A DNA stretch of 64,000 nucleotides from Azolla caroliniana. Its lineage: Eukaryota > Plantae > Polypodiophyta. How positions within the stretch are numbered: position 1 is the first letter of the stretch; every line of letters begins with the position of its first letter. A program made the position numbers and the translations under genes. The stretch spans positions 27,466,001-27,530,000 of the forward strand of contig JBHGNT010000002.1 of NCBI GenBank assembly GCA_043228905.1, in the 5' to 3' direction. Positions 36,661-50,900 of this stretch are shown in pieces. The notes beneath the pieces were generated by a model. The model worked only from the letters and a program-made list of their open reading frames with translations, was not told the origin of the DNA and made no database searches.

Positions 36661-36782
36661 AAAAATACATACATTAGAGATTAAAAGGGCATTTATCCTA
36701 CTTCTTTTGCTTTGTTTTCTTCATCCAAAGAAAAAGAGTGGGAGTAATAGTAGAAGAATCATAGTGGAGAAGCTCTCTATCC

Positions 36783-38342
36783 ATGCCTCTGCGACGCAAG
36801 AAATGGACAGAAGAAGAAGAAGAAACTCTGATTTCCAAGTATGGAGATCTTCTCCGATCAGGATCTCTCTCAAAAATGAAGTCCAGGGAGAGAAAGTTCC
36901 AACCCATAGCAACCCATGTGAACTCTCTCTATCATAGTCAGAACTCCATAGCTTATCCATGGTTATGGACATGGAAAGACGCTTCCACAAAAGTTCAGAA
37001 CATGAGACATCAGTATTTGGGTGTGAAGCAGAAGATCAGGAAACTGGTTGTTTCATCACTTGATCCAAGTGGTCATGAAGAAGTCTATGAATGGGAAGAT
37101 GGTCTATCACATTGGTCCAATTTCCTTAGGTATAAGGAGGTATTTGGTGATCAAGACCTGGAACTGAATGATTTCTTCACTAATCCTGATCCTAACCCTA
37201 ATCTTAATATAAGGGGTGCTCTGAGGCATCAACATCAACGTCAACAACATCGACATCATTATCATCATAAACATCATCATAAACATCATCAACAACATAG
37301 TCATCATTGTCCGCAAGCAATTTTACAGTATCGTCCAGATTCTTCAGCAGGGACAGCTAACAACAACAATAGTAGTAGTAATAATAATAATAGTGGTATG
37401 CACTCTCTCGCTAAGGATTTCATTGATAATGATGTGGTCAATTTAGGAGGGAATCAAAATAGCAGTGGTTTGCTTCTCCCACCCATGGTTAAAGAGACCA
37501 CCATTGTGAACCAAGCTGTTTTGGATGGGGATAATGATGATCTCACAAATGGTTTAGGGTTTGCATATGATGACGATGATGATTGCGAAGATGATGATTG
37601 CGAAGATGAACATGGTAGGAAAGATAGAGATGAAAACTATGAAGAAGAGAATGATGATAACGCTGATGAAGACAATGATGATGATGACATGCATTACAAT
37701 AGGAAGAAAAGGAAAAGACAGTGGGTGAAACCTCAGATCGGAAATATGAACATGAGTGAAGATCGAATTTTGTCTGCCATGGGCGGACATTTTGCCATGC
37801 TTCTTGAGAGAGAAGCAAGGAGGGAAAAAATAATGTTAGAGCGGGAGAAGGAAAGAGAAAAGAGACTCTCACTTATAGAAGCAGAGATATCAAAGCAAAA
37901 GAAAGAGTGGGAGAGAGAGAGGAGGGAAATGGAAGAGATAAGGCAACGAGAAACAGAGAAGAGAGAAGCTGAGAAGCGAGAGCATGATATGCTTGATCAA
38001 CAAAGAAGAGAAGTAGATAGAGCTCGGGATGAGAGGATGGAGAGGGAGAGAATGGAATGGAGAGAGAAGATCGAGAGTCAAGGTATGCAACATCAAGCGG
38101 CGATGATGCAAATTCAGTTACAAATTGCACAGAGTCAACAAAACACGATAGCAATGTTAAGTGGTGGTTTGTTGCAATTGGTTGGTCAAGGGAACGACTT
38201 TACCAGTCAAGGGAATTCAGTTAGCCCTTTCATATCTCAACTAATCCAGAACTTGCAAGCGCATAGTTCGGGGATGGTTCAATGTGGTATCAGAAGAGGA
38301 GCTGGAGAAAGTAGCGATAGTCAATTTGATGTGGATGGATAA
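36783..38342 (+). CDS. Trihelix-family transcription factor (N-terminal Myb/SANT-like DNA-binding domain, C-terminal coiled coil), 519 aa, intronless CDS
   Basis: RRKKWTEEEEETLISKY...YPWLWTWKDASTKVQNMRHQYLGVKQKI...HWSNFLRYKEVFG trihelix-like domain; His/Gln, Asn and acidic tracts; RKKRKR NLS-like motif; E/R-rich coiled coil. An in-frame TAG upstream (36762) supports this ATG. Confidence 0.9.
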   Translation: MPLRRKKWTEEEEETLISKYGDLLRSGSLSKMKSRERKFQPIATHVNSLYHSQNSIAYPWLWTWKDASTKVQNMRHQYLGVKQKIRKLVVSSLDPSGHEEVYEWEDGLSHWSNFLRYKEVFGDQDLELNDFFTNPDPNPNLNIRGALRHQHQRQQHRHHYHHKHHHKHHQQHSHHCPQAILQYRPDSSAGTANNNNSSSNNNNSGMHSLAKDFIDNDVVNLGGNQNSSGLLLPPMVKETTIVNQAVLDGDNDDLTNGLGFAYDDDDDCEDDDCEDEHGRKDRDENYEEENDDNADEDNDDDDMHYNRKKRKRQWVKPQIGNMNMSEDRILSAMGGHFAMLLEREARREKIMLEREKEREKRLSLIEAEISKQKKEWERERREMEEIRQRETEKREAEKREHDMLDQQRREVDRARDERMERERMEWREKIESQGMQHQAAMMQIQLQIAQSQQNTIAMLSGGLLQLVGQGNDFTSQGNSVSPFISQLIQNLQAHSSGMVQCGIRRGAGESSDSQFDVDG

Positions 38343-39872
38343 GATTGTCTCTCTATCCCTGATGATTTTCTCTGTAAACTGTATCAAAACTTGAAGTTAA
38401 GGACTGCATTTCAGTCATTTTGGAGCCCTTATAGCATTACTTCATTCCATAGCCTTTCTTTTGTTCATATGATATAGATAGCATAGGACATAAGCATGGA
38501 AAGCATATGGCCCCATTTTGATTGGAGACTTATTGATCCCAAAGAAGGAACTTTACAAGGGCGTTGGAGATGTTCCCATTCTTTGTTTATATACTTTGTA
38601 GCATAACATTGTTCTTTACTTTTGGCTCTATCCTTGGCTTTGATTCACGATTGCCTTGATTTTGTGTCCTGTGCTCGACTACTCTAGGGTGTGATCTTGC
38701 TGCTGAAGCAACGAATATAAAGGAACCTTGCACTATTTCTGCATATATGCAAATGGAGAAATTGATTGCTATTGTGAGGTATGCAACCATCTTGAAATGT
38801 CATAGAATAGGTAAGGTTGATGGTCCAAAATACTTTAAGAGGTAAGATGATGAACATGTATTTGAGATGTAATATAGCTACAAAGATCACACAGTATATT
38901 GGTAAAGTAAGTAGAATGTATATGGTAAAAGGACTGTTAGCTCTTCTGTTATGTAAACATACAACAAACTATGAGATTGGCAACTTAAATTATTGTAGAT
39001 AAAAATATCACATATTCCTGAAACAAGTTCTTTGTGTCTTTGAAGACCTTTGAACTGCTCAGAGTCTGGTAACTTTTGGTCTTTCTTGTTTAGAACAAAT
39101 TGTTCAACATGTAAAGATCCCCTCAAACAAATGCTTTCCCATTTACTGCATTAAAGTGGATAATAGCAATCTCTTTTGTTGTGTAACCTTGAACACACAA
39201 ATGGTCTTTCTTGCACGCACATATTGAAATGTTATCTATATTGATTATATATTAACAAAAGGTGGAGCCTTGGAATGAAAACAACATGGTCGTGACATAA
39301 ATAAACAAGCTTAGGCCCTCATTTGCTCTGCTTTCACTTTCAGTGCCATTGACATCATCTCTCTCCACACTTTAGAGGATTTTGCTCTTCTAATGATCCT
39401 TCATGTTCCAGAATTCTTGCTGGTTCCATCATACTGTGTGGTTTGTATGTGAAGCGACCCATCCATATGCTGACATGCTTCTCATACATTTATTCAAACA
39501 AACTTCTGAATCGCATATTCAGTGATGTGGGAAGCTTACTCTATCTCACTTATGAACCTATAGTTAGTTTGTGGAAGCTTGCAAATGGTAATATGGATTG
39601 CAAAACTGGTGCATGTATTTTACTAGGTCCTCGATGGATGTCTGTGTCCTTGATGAATGTCTCTCTACCCATGTAGCAGTGACACCACATAGTTGTGGAA
39701 GTTTTGTTTATTGGAGCAAATCAAAATTCTTTCCTCGATGGAGTGTTTGTCTCGCCTATTGGTTATTTAGCATGACCCACTACCCATATAGTGGTGAAAC
39801 CATTCACTTGTGGTACCATTCTATTGTTTTTCACACACATTTATTAATATAATTGAGTTTACAACAAAAAAA

Positions 39873-39886
39873 GCAGAGAAAGAGAG

Positions 39887-39927
<41 letters not shown>
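39873..39927. repeat. (GA)n microsatellite
   Basis: Seen directly. Confidence 0.9.
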
Positions 39928-39932
<5 letters not shown>

Positions 39933-41829
39933 TATGATGATATATTGACATTCACATGGGGCCAATATTACCCATGAGACCAAATTGATCATTACAAATC
40001 ACTCTTCCCAATTGTACATTTGGGGATTTTAAAAATGATGGATCAAAGAAAGAATGCTAAAGCTGAAATGAAAAATTAAAATTGTCACTTAATCTTGCAG
40101 TTGGAATCCTCCTCGAGTTTGGTTATGTGGTAGAGTAGATTAGCAAAGAACATGTGTAAATGCCACTGGTTATGGTTTTCTCCTTATGATGGGTTCTTGA
40201 AAACTATAGCACGGCCTAATAGAAATTCTTGAAAATCATGCTTCATATTCTCATTTCTGAGGCATTCTAAACTGATGTTCTTCTGTTTATGGTGCTTTGT
40301 GGCAATATAGCCAGCGTGTTCTGTTTCTCTGCTCCATATTTCAACCTATTTTCAATGTGTGTGTTTCGCGTCATTGTGATGGGCAGTATGAATGTGAGCT
40401 TAGGAATCTTTCAATAGTCTGCTGTAAATATCTCAAGAGTATTTTTGCTGCAGTAGTGCTGAAACATATGTCTATGTTGGGATGTTTTCTATTTTGTGTG
40501 CAGGTCATTGTGGGCAAGTAAAAACATGAATTTGGTGCTGTCCTGTCCTTTCTTTTTCTCTACATGCACATCCAGATATTCTTCGACATGTCATCTTGCA
40601 AAACCTTTTCCGGATGGCTTGGACATGGTTGGATAAAATAAATTTGTTTTTGTAGTTTTTTTGTTGTAAGCATCCAATTTCCCATGCAGCCTTGGGGAGG
40701 TAAAAATTTCAAGGCACTGTGTGTCTTTACTTTCATTAAGTGCTTGTTAACGCGTTGATGAATGGGCATAAATTTCTGTTGGCCTGCTTCCAGCTTGTAC
40801 AAACATTATGAAGTGCTAGATTATGCTCACTGGGATAGTTGCTCATTTGCAGTGAAATCGTCATAATGGAGAAAGCCAATCAAAGGATTATTACACCGTC
40901 AGTAGTCCATTTCGATTGTGTCTAAGACACCTATGACAACAAGGGAAGCTTAGTGATGGGTTTCATCACATTATCATAAATGAAATCCTGTCTGGCATTA
41001 CCTTGGTGCAAATGTGTTGTTTCTCTTAATTTGTCAATGAATAGATATTAACCATAGGAATCTCATCAATGCACTAACCTATGTTTCAACCTAAACTTTC
41101 AAGCCAGAGAGGCTTTTAGAGTAAGAAAAAGCATAGGACTGAAGTGCATGCACACGGAATGTGCTGAAGTTTTTGTTTCTTTCTTTTGACACTAAACTTT
41201 CTCATTGTATGTCTTGTGTTACATAATACTCCAACTATTTTTTATGATTAAAAACAATGTCATATCTCAAAACATATAGAACTTATCATACTTATAGATC
41301 AAGCTATAATTAGTGATACCATAAGCTAGTTAAACTCGGGCATTATCAAAGAGTATTTCCATGATTTGGAATAGTGTGAATGCATGTGCATAGTTAGACA
41401 CATGTGTGTGCAATGTGTATGCATATGCATACTTGTATTGGGTAAGTCAATCCATATATTATGAAATCAAACATCCAAATGTTTGTTAAACTCATATTGC
41501 CAATACAAGATTATAATTAAGGTCTAGTTTAACGGAAGCTAAAGAGTGTGGTGTTTGAAGAGACTCTGTAGCCCATAAGTAAATATGAAATAAATGCAAC
41601 ATAATGCATTTTCTAAGTACTAAGAAGGTTGGTTGAGACGTCACAGGTGAATGTTTGACTTTATTGAGTTTCATCGAGTGTGTTACTTCAATGTTGAAAT
41701 CTCTTACACATACATAGGTTGACTTCCATACAATTGAAGATGCTATTTGGTAGTGCATGTGGTTCCTATGTAATGGGTCAATCAACTATAGAATATGATA
41801 TCATCAATTATTTGATTGAATGAAGACTT

Positions 41830-41895
41830 GATGGCTTAGTGGTAAATTAGATTATCCCTAACCTTAGATTTGTGGATTCAAGCCCAATTACGTGT
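41830..41895 (+). mobile_element. Possible tRNA-derived SINE head (A box / B box remnant)
   Basis: TGGCTTAGTGGTAA (A-box-like) and GGATTCAAGCCC (B-box-like) about 30 bp apart; no cloverleaf. Confidence 0.4.
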
Positions 41896-41938
41896 GTTAT
41901 GAGCGTGGCATGTGACCATTAGAAATCAAGATTTAGAC

Positions 41939-42042
41939 ATGGCATAAGTGTTCATATAAAAGAGCTAGTCTTGAAATCAAGGTTGATGGCATAAGTGTTC
42001 ATATAAAAGAGCTAGTCTTGAAATCAAGGTTGATGGCATAAG
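41939..42042. repeat. 47-bp perfect tandem duplication
   Basis: atggcataagtgttcatataaaagagctagtcttgaaatcaaggttg at 41939 and 41986, plus a partial third copy. Confidence 0.92.
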
Positions 42043-42577
42043 CACTCACACAAATGAATTATCCTTGGCCATGTCATATGTTTTCACATAAAACATAATT
42101 CTTGACAATCAAGATTAATACCCATGTCACATGTATTAATATAAAAGTATTATGCTTTGCAATCAACGTCGATGCATGCATTATTTTCATTTCATGATGT
42201 TTTGAAACATTCTTCAAGTTCACAGTGAATCAAGTGCATTGTAAAATGTAAATAAGGTTTATTTGTCAGCAACTTGCATTGTAGGTCAATAGTTGTGTTA
42301 CGATTTCATTACCAAAAGCCACATGACAGTGAATAGGTTACTATGGTACCTTACTTCAAGTATTTGCCAAACAATAGGCTCAATGGCCAGCATGAATAGT
42401 AAGAGAGAAATGTCACACGTACATTTATTCTTGGTGTTGTAATTTTGTGTCTCTTCTTCTGACATCATAATAATGCACAATGGTGATTGCCATAATATGT
42501 TGTATAAGAATAAATAAAGGCATTATTCGCACTACTATGTTTGGAGTCTATGATCATGTTCTACAAACACTTTGGTA

Positions 42578-42713
42578 TTTTTAATTGAACAAACTAGATA
42601 TTGTCGCTTTGTTGTTTCTTTTACTTTTTATGATGATAGTGTTGATCATTTTTAATTGAACAAACTAGATATTGCCGCTTTGTTGTTTCTTTTACTTTTT
42701 ATGGTGACAGTGT
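42578..42713. repeat. 70-bp tandem duplication
   Basis: atttttaattgaacaaactagatattg...ttttatg at 42578 and 42648. Confidence 0.9.
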
Positions 42714-45700
42714 CCTTGGGGTGACAAGTTTTCTGTTTTACCATATATTCATTGGCATGAATCACTACGGAATTACATTCACTATGTCGCAAACATACAC
42801 ATTGATATTTCAGTTTATATACTTACTTCCTAGTGCAATGGATACACATATTTATACATGTGGTGTTTATACACTATCTAACACTTTTGTATTTTGTCGT
42901 TGATATGCCTTTTTTTAAACTAATGGAAGGATATGTTGTTTAGAAAAGAAAAAAAAGATGACCAATTGGTTACACTTTTAAATGAGTCAAACCCTACAAT
43001 TGAACATGATAAATTTGTAGCAATTTGTTTTGAAGTATTGAATGTTCTTACCAACTTTCCATATTTTATTTAAGATGTTTGGGTTTAATTAGTAGAAAGA
43101 AGACTCTCTTTCATTTTACGTTTTTGAGTGACATGGACCCTATTTTTGTACCAATTGAGCTAGTCTAGCAATAAAGAGGGGGGAACTTGAAAAGTTATTT
43201 CAGTTCATTGTATTTATATACGTCATCCACAAATTCATGAGACTCATCTACCATAAAACTTCATTTATCCATGCACCCATAGGATACGGACTAGGGTTAG
43301 CGGACCGAGTCTAATGATTATGTTGTCCCCGTGTAATAAATGGTGTGAGTAACAATCCTTCTGTAATAACTATGTTGTTGATTTTGATGTGTACCATGAT
43401 TGTTTGCTTCTATAGTTCAAGACTTTCTAGATTTCCTTCATAATTTAATGTTTATTTGAAATGAGGAAAAATGTTTATTGTTTTATAATTATAATCCAGC
43501 TCTTATAGCCTTAGGTAAACATTATACTCATGAGTTATAGACACATTTTTCCTAGTACAAAACTTCTGCATGCAAGAATCCATCAATGAAAACATGGTGT
43601 CTCGTAGATATATAACTCATTGCCTTAATATGTACATATTCCACAGAACGCATTGTGATGACTTCTACAGGTTTCTAAACAAGCTAGCATGAAAGTTGCA
43701 TAAGATCTAGCTAGCGATATGTTTGAAAATTTAACCCAAGGAAATTAATTGAGAGTTTCGTACAGTCAAAGGTATTTAGTTCCACTCTTGAACTTTGAAG
43801 TACCAACTAAATTTGTGCAAAGACACATTGGTATGACAAACTCAAAAAACAAATCTGGTCAAAATGGTGTGATTAGGACCTTGAATATACAAAACATGTA
43901 AACAATATGAAATAATGGATCGATCATATGTGTAAAGTGGCATGAAAGAACATGACCAATGTAAATTATGTTGAATATAAAGAAAGTTTGATGTCCATTA
44001 CCTAGACAATCATCTAGGTAGCGAACAAATGGGATATTGACCCTAGACAATGACGATTTTTTCTTTTCCTTAACAACTTCGACATGTGTTTTTCTATTTA
44101 TTACAAAACAAGAAAATGCACTCCATAGTAGGGGGCTACAATTTTGTAGAATATAGTTCACCACAGCCTTTCGATTTCAATGCACCCACTTGTTAAAATT
44201 TTGCACTTCTCTCGTGTACCGATTAGTTCAAGAATCATCCACCTGTTTGGATTAGATTAAAATATAAATTTGTCCTTTCTTTATTCACCAAGGAGTCCAT
44301 AATACATAATTTTGTGGGCCTCCGGTATTTGCCTCAAACCTTGTTATTTTAATCAAGGTTTATGATTATTTATAAGTGCAATCACGTGAAATGAGGTTTG
44401 CGATTTGTTTACTAGAGCATACACATTAAATCAAGTTGCTTGAACGGTATTTCACATGTTACTTTGTTGCTTTAAAATGATGCCTCTCACACTACCGGCT
44501 TCAACCTTAACAAAAACTCGAAGGAGAATGTGTGCTTTGTGTTATCTTTTTTGAAGTTTATTATGCTTGTCGATGATGAATCGTGCATCTCCTTGATTTC
44601 ATGCATGTAACAACCTGTCCTAATCTTTATCCTTTGTTTCACTATGAAAAGAAAAACTAGTAGAGGCAACAAACACAAAAACACAAGTTACGTTACTCCT
44701 TGTAGAAAACTATCATGATTGTCCTATGTTGTGTAACTATGTCTTAAAATCTACAAAAATGTAGCCGATTGGTGAACTACATAGGGGACCATCGACATTA
44801 GTGCCTTACTCACAATCTCAAAAAAGTGCACAACAATACACCTTCAAAGGGTGAGAAAAAAGAGTTGAAAGGTCACCTAGAATATAGAGCCCATTCTTCT
44901 CTAAGAAATTTGTCACATGGATAATAAGAACATGTGGGCCAATGAGGCGAAGGGGCTTGAATCTTAAGCACGTCCATCTAGCCTAATGAAAGTCGGTCGA
45001 GAATTCATGTATCCATCTCATCATATTTTTTTCTTAGCTACCATGTTCCCTTGTTGCATACTTCAATTCTTTTTCTTCCCAAACTTTTAAATTCGAAAAC
45101 AAACGATTCAGCCTTTGTTCATTGACGAGATATGCGAGCTTATCACATTTCATGTTTAATAGTTTTTGTTGCAAGCCGTATTATCTTTATACATAATAGA
45201 GGAGATAGAGTGCCGAGCACATGAAATTGTATTTATGTGGAAGAAGTTCAAGCAGCGTCTACCTTTATTCATAATTAAAACACATGCTTTTGTTTTTACT
45301 AGTCTAGTTTCAAATATGGGCATTCGCTTTCCTATGGGAAATATTGATTAATAGTGTTCACTTTCCCACGGAAAATTATCGATTTGACCTAGGCCTAGTC
45401 CTTGTCTCATGGGCTCGCATGATAGTCTCTCCACTTAAGCGTTGGTTTTGAGTTTATCATTTTTTATTTTTTATTTAGGTTACTTTGCATTTGAAAGCTA
45501 TTCGTTCATGATTTTTTCATTGTTGAGTAACCTTTTTGTTGTCTTCTTCCTACACTTGAACAGTCATGTGCAACATCTTCTATGTTAGCTATTGAAGACA
45601 ATTTCCAAATTTTATTTTGTCTTTGGAATGTGAGAATACGGATCATTATTATCATATTGGTGGATTTTGTAGGGATTTCAATGACACAATAATAAAAATG

Positions 45701-47999
45701 ACATTGGTTTCATCGTGCGCATTGCAAGCACACACATTTGTTGTGGATATTCCACAAATTGACTAAGCTACTTCATAAACATCAAGACTTATGACTCTTT
45801 CATAAACTCATCGCCACGCAAGTATATTAATTATTGGAGAAATCAACGTGTAAGGTGCCATAATTGAGATCTACAAGTTGTGGATAAGCACGTAATAATC
45901 CACACAATGCCATGTGTTTTGACAAGCCAGTAGGAATTTGTAAACATTTACCTCTAAGTTAGGACTTTTACATTTTGAAGCAAATTTTGAGATTATTGGA
46001 ATTGCATATGGTTTTGAATCTCCGTGTCAAGTCTTTTATCATGAGAGCCTACAAGATGATTCTGCCATCACCAATGTTAGTTTCGTCTTTTAGTAGTAAA
46101 AGAGGTCAATAACAATGAAACTTTGTGCTTCTCATTTGAAATTTTGTGCAATGACATGGCATTGTAGATCTCATATTTTCCCTATGTTCTACTAGGTTGC
46201 TCAAATTTGCTTACTAAGATATTCGAAGAAATAATGGCCAATGTATTTGATGCTAAGAACGTAACTTTTTCATCACATTCACTTGGAAATGAATCTCGGC
46301 CATTTCTATCAATCCATTTTATTCATATTGCGGTTCAACTTGCATATATTAGGTCGCAATTGATAAATATGAGTTGCTCATTTGATATATTAGGATAGGG
46401 GTAATACATTTGGCAATGAGTCCCAATCATATCTGTCGACTCATTTCATTCAAGTGGCGACACTAATATTATATCAATTAGGTGGTAGCTTCCACCATAA
46501 GTATGTTGATCCTACATCAAGGCTCAAAGAAAATCATCCTAATGTACGAAATGTGAAGCCAAATTTTACCAAAAAGCAATTGCTTTTAGCATATGTATTG
46601 GTTCTTAATGAAAGAACATTCATTACATTTCTTTCTTTCTTGTAAGGATGATATTTTTTTTTGGACTTGCGAAAAGGGTATATTTAGTTGCGAGACGTGC
46701 TTAAAGAAATCGCTAGTTTCATTGGGGGATCCTACATTTTGGATATCGATTGTAGGACCCACGTTCGGCTATTGATGTACACGAAGAAATTAATGTATAT
46801 GAAAAATGACAATGTAGGTTTGAGTGTTTAACAATTTCATTTTGTATTGAATTTGTTTAGCATCATAATGTTCCTAGATTGAACTTTCTTCGGATTGGAT
46901 GGAAAACGATCTTCCCTTACAAAATGGAACATGCATGTTATAGTTCTTTAAAAAACTATTAGAAATTATATGTTCTCTTTACGAACAAACCAAATATTTT
47001 AAAACAAATTGACTTACAGGAATAGGCACTTTTTCTCTCATTGAAAACAAAATCCTTTCTACTAGATTGACATACAATATAATGAGGTAATGGTAATACA
47101 TGTGTGGATTCTACCAAATATTGTATCCTCGTCACGCAATGCACGTTGTTTCTGGATAGAACTCGAAACCATGTGGTCTTGTGAGACCTTATTCATAACT
47201 TGAACTTCGTAACAATAAGTTATGATTGTAATGGTTAAATTTGCAATAAACCACATCTAATGTCCTCCATTTTAGTTTGTTTAGTAGTGTATGCATGGAT
47301 CAAGACTCAATATAAGTACAACTTAATTGTGGAGTAAAAACGTAGAGATCTATGTGGATCCAATGTTTTAGTGGTACATAGGACCCAACGTGTGTGAAGG
47401 TCTTCTCTCATCACACCGTAGAGAACCACATGGATAAAAATATTCAAACAATGGCCTTACAGACAACATTGGTAAACATGCCAACATCACTTGACAAGCC
47501 ATTGGAGTTTTTTGTGACTACTAGACTCTAGTAGCAATTATCAAATAAGATTTGTGACATGATGAATAAATGGTCTTCTTAGATCATAGTAAAGGTGCAC
47601 ACATGCAAGTTGGTCATTTCTAAACAATTTATAATTGCACCCAACATCATGAACGACATTTGGTGACTAATCGAACCATTTGTGGTTCATATTTTTTTAA
47701 ATTATTTGGGTAAGGTTTTTGGGGATCGTGAACTGTGTATTTGAATTTTGGATATTATGTACATAACCACATGATCTTCAATCATCTAACTCTAATTGAA
47801 GTCTTCTTCTTTAAGCATATTCCCAAGCTATTGCATGATTGAATCTCACTCCACAATATTTCCCCTTCATAGACTTTAAATTTTTTTTGAGTGCTTTTCA
47901 ACACAACTTTGTGCATTAATGTTTTCGTGGATTTTTTAAATTTTTTTTCCAAAACAAAATATCCTTCCATTAGTTTTAAAAAACCTATCAAGTACAAAC

Positions 48000-50900
48000 T
48001 ACAAAAGAGATGAAAAAGAAGAGATAAAAGGACTATCCCAATGACTAGCCATGGATCCTACTGCCTACTTTCATCATACCAAAAAATGACATCATAATAA
48101 TTAGACACCTTACACAAGCCTTCAAGGATAGAGTTGTATAGCATCCTCATTCTTATCCTACTTAATATATCCCAATAACATGGGAAGCCGTTGTATCATA
48201 TCTCCTCAAATCATATGTGATAAATGGCGACCTTCAACTTGCCTTCATTACATAATGTGCTCATGCTTCAATTGTTGCTCCACCTTTACAGTACCAATCT
48301 TCGTTGATCCATGCTCAACATATCTTGTAATAGATGCATTTCACAAGAGAACATGTTTTTTCACCTCGTCTTTAGGTTTCCCACTAGGTATTAGTATACT
48401 AAGCATTATTAAAGAGATAAAAAGAAATTTGCGAGAATCATGATTGCAATGAGTATACAAAAGCGCAAACATCCCTTCAAGTATCTAAACCTTATGTAAA
48501 AAAGTGTGAACACGTTACGCAAACACGAGCATATCCTTGCAAGTATCCAAACATTGTTTTATTCCATTTCAACCAGATCTTCAAAATCACGAGATGATGT
48601 CTAAAATGGTTTAAGAGAAAGTTAAATTATATTTAAGTTACAAGTTGGAGAGCATTAGGTTATGCATTGTGCCTCAAAGGTTGAAACTTGTATTGTCGAG
48701 ATCATAAGATTGTGCATTCAACTCCAAAGACTTAATGGGAAATTAATGGGATTCGTACACCTACCAACTTGTTTGGCAAAGGTCACACATTTAACTGTTG
48801 CACTCGCCAAGGTAAACCCAAGTATTCACTTTGAAGAAGAAGATATAAATGTATTAGTCAATGTGTAGAAGAAGGAGAAGAAGTAGGCCAATGTGTAGCT
48901 TATGAAAGCAAAACAATATACATCTTATACCTTGTTCAAGAAATGAAATGAACAGCCCTAATACTGATTTGTTCCATTGATCCATTCCAAAACCCCGTGA
49001 CATGCCTCTCCTCGATGGCACTAGTGTGCTTGAGGAGTGTCTAGTCAAGTCTCTATCTTCCTAATTAGAGAGCCATATGCATTACATTTGAAGAATATTT
49101 TGTGATTCGTGACTTTCTTTCAAAAGTATAAAGCCTAAGAGGATGTAGTGAACTTTGGATACCCAAGCAAAGAGAGATCAAGTAGTCTATGGTGGTGTGT
49201 AATCGTGGAAGGTGATGATGACAGGTTGCCAGTCTCAAATCATAATGAAGAATCTTTGTTTTTCTCTTTTCCTTTTTTTCTTCTTTGAGAAGGGGCAAAA
49301 ACCATTGAGAGAATTCTAGGGAGAGTGTCACACACAGTCTACCTCGCATAAAATGGAACACTTTCTTTGGTCCAAGTTTCATTTTTCATTTAATTTAAAA
49401 AAGAGTGGGGGGAGAGAATACTTAATGCAATCTCTTCTTTTATCTTATAGGCCATTTTGGCCTCTTAAAAGCGTTAATATTTCTCCCTCTCTAGATATAA
49501 AGACACCTATAAATATAGATGTTTCTATTTGCACCATATAATCTAGCCTTCCTTAGTGTCTAGCCTTTCCTTCTTGGGTACTTTATAATGAGTTTCGTTG
49601 ATTGTCTTTAGAGAGAATTTCTAAAGTCTCCTTACAAGTTATAAAAAACTACAAAAAGTATGATGTAAATTTTGTAACTTAGAAGCATTGTTGGTAAATT
49701 CGCCTTTTTCTACCACAAAATACCTACCCTTGGTAATTTCACTAACAAGTTATGAAACATTTCCATCTGGGCTTAGGGTGGTGCCTACACACCATCTTAT
49801 CATAATTAAGTACCTTTGTGCTTTCATTTGCACCCACTACCAATTGAATGATCGTATCTTTCCTTTGTTGACAATGAAACATGACCCAAACTTATAAAGT
49901 AGAAATGTCTTGGACAAGGACGCATTTTCTTGAATCATGCTTATCTCACGTGCCTCACTTCTAAGTACTTCCTAATGGTGCCCCTATTATTCTAGTGTAG
50001 AACTATGATGTCGATTTGCCCATCTCCATCAAATTATGTAATCATAGCTTGGCCACGGAACGCAATATTGATTCTTGCACTCTAACAAAAATGTTCCTAG
50101 GTCTTTGCAAAACATCCTTGGAAGATGAGCTAAAAGTACTCAATAAGTTGGAAAACACATGTGACCTCAACTAGCCCACATTATTGTGCTTCTTTCTCAA
50201 TGAAAAACACTCAATAGAGTCTACAATTGGACCTTTACATCATGTAAATACATCAATCAACCGATATATAAACACCTACAACATGTTTCTCTCTCAATCA
50301 ATACATTTGAGAACCTCTGAAGAATCTATAAATACATATTTGCATTATGTGCTCGCTTGAAAAAATACAATTAACTCCAAAAAAACATTTAAATATTCTC
50401 TTAAAGATGCATTCATCTAACTCCCTCGTGATAGATGTACTCTACTATGTTATACAACTTCATCAAAGCTCTAAATTGTAGGTGTGGAGATATTCATACG
50501 TGTGGAAAACATTTTTAGCAAAGGAATTTGCAATTTTTGAAGGTTCTCAAAGAACTCAAATATTCAATTATATAGGCCATCCATATGATGCTCAATAATT
50601 CTATATAATAATGGACGGTAACCAACATTTGAGAAGTTCAATGATACTCTTTAGGAGAGAGAAGTCTCAATGAATATCACGATATTTGGAAATAAGTGAA
50701 CCTCTAAAGTCAAAGATATTGAACAATTGATTACATATAATCCGGGAAGCACTTCGTCACGAGAGAGAAATTTCCCAATGACTTTTGGAGTATCCTAGCT
50801 ATGAGCTTTATCTAGTGCCTTCACTGTTCAACTTTACTTTATACAACCTAAAAGAACTCATTATGCCACTCATCCCTTACAAATGCATAATCGTTGAAAG

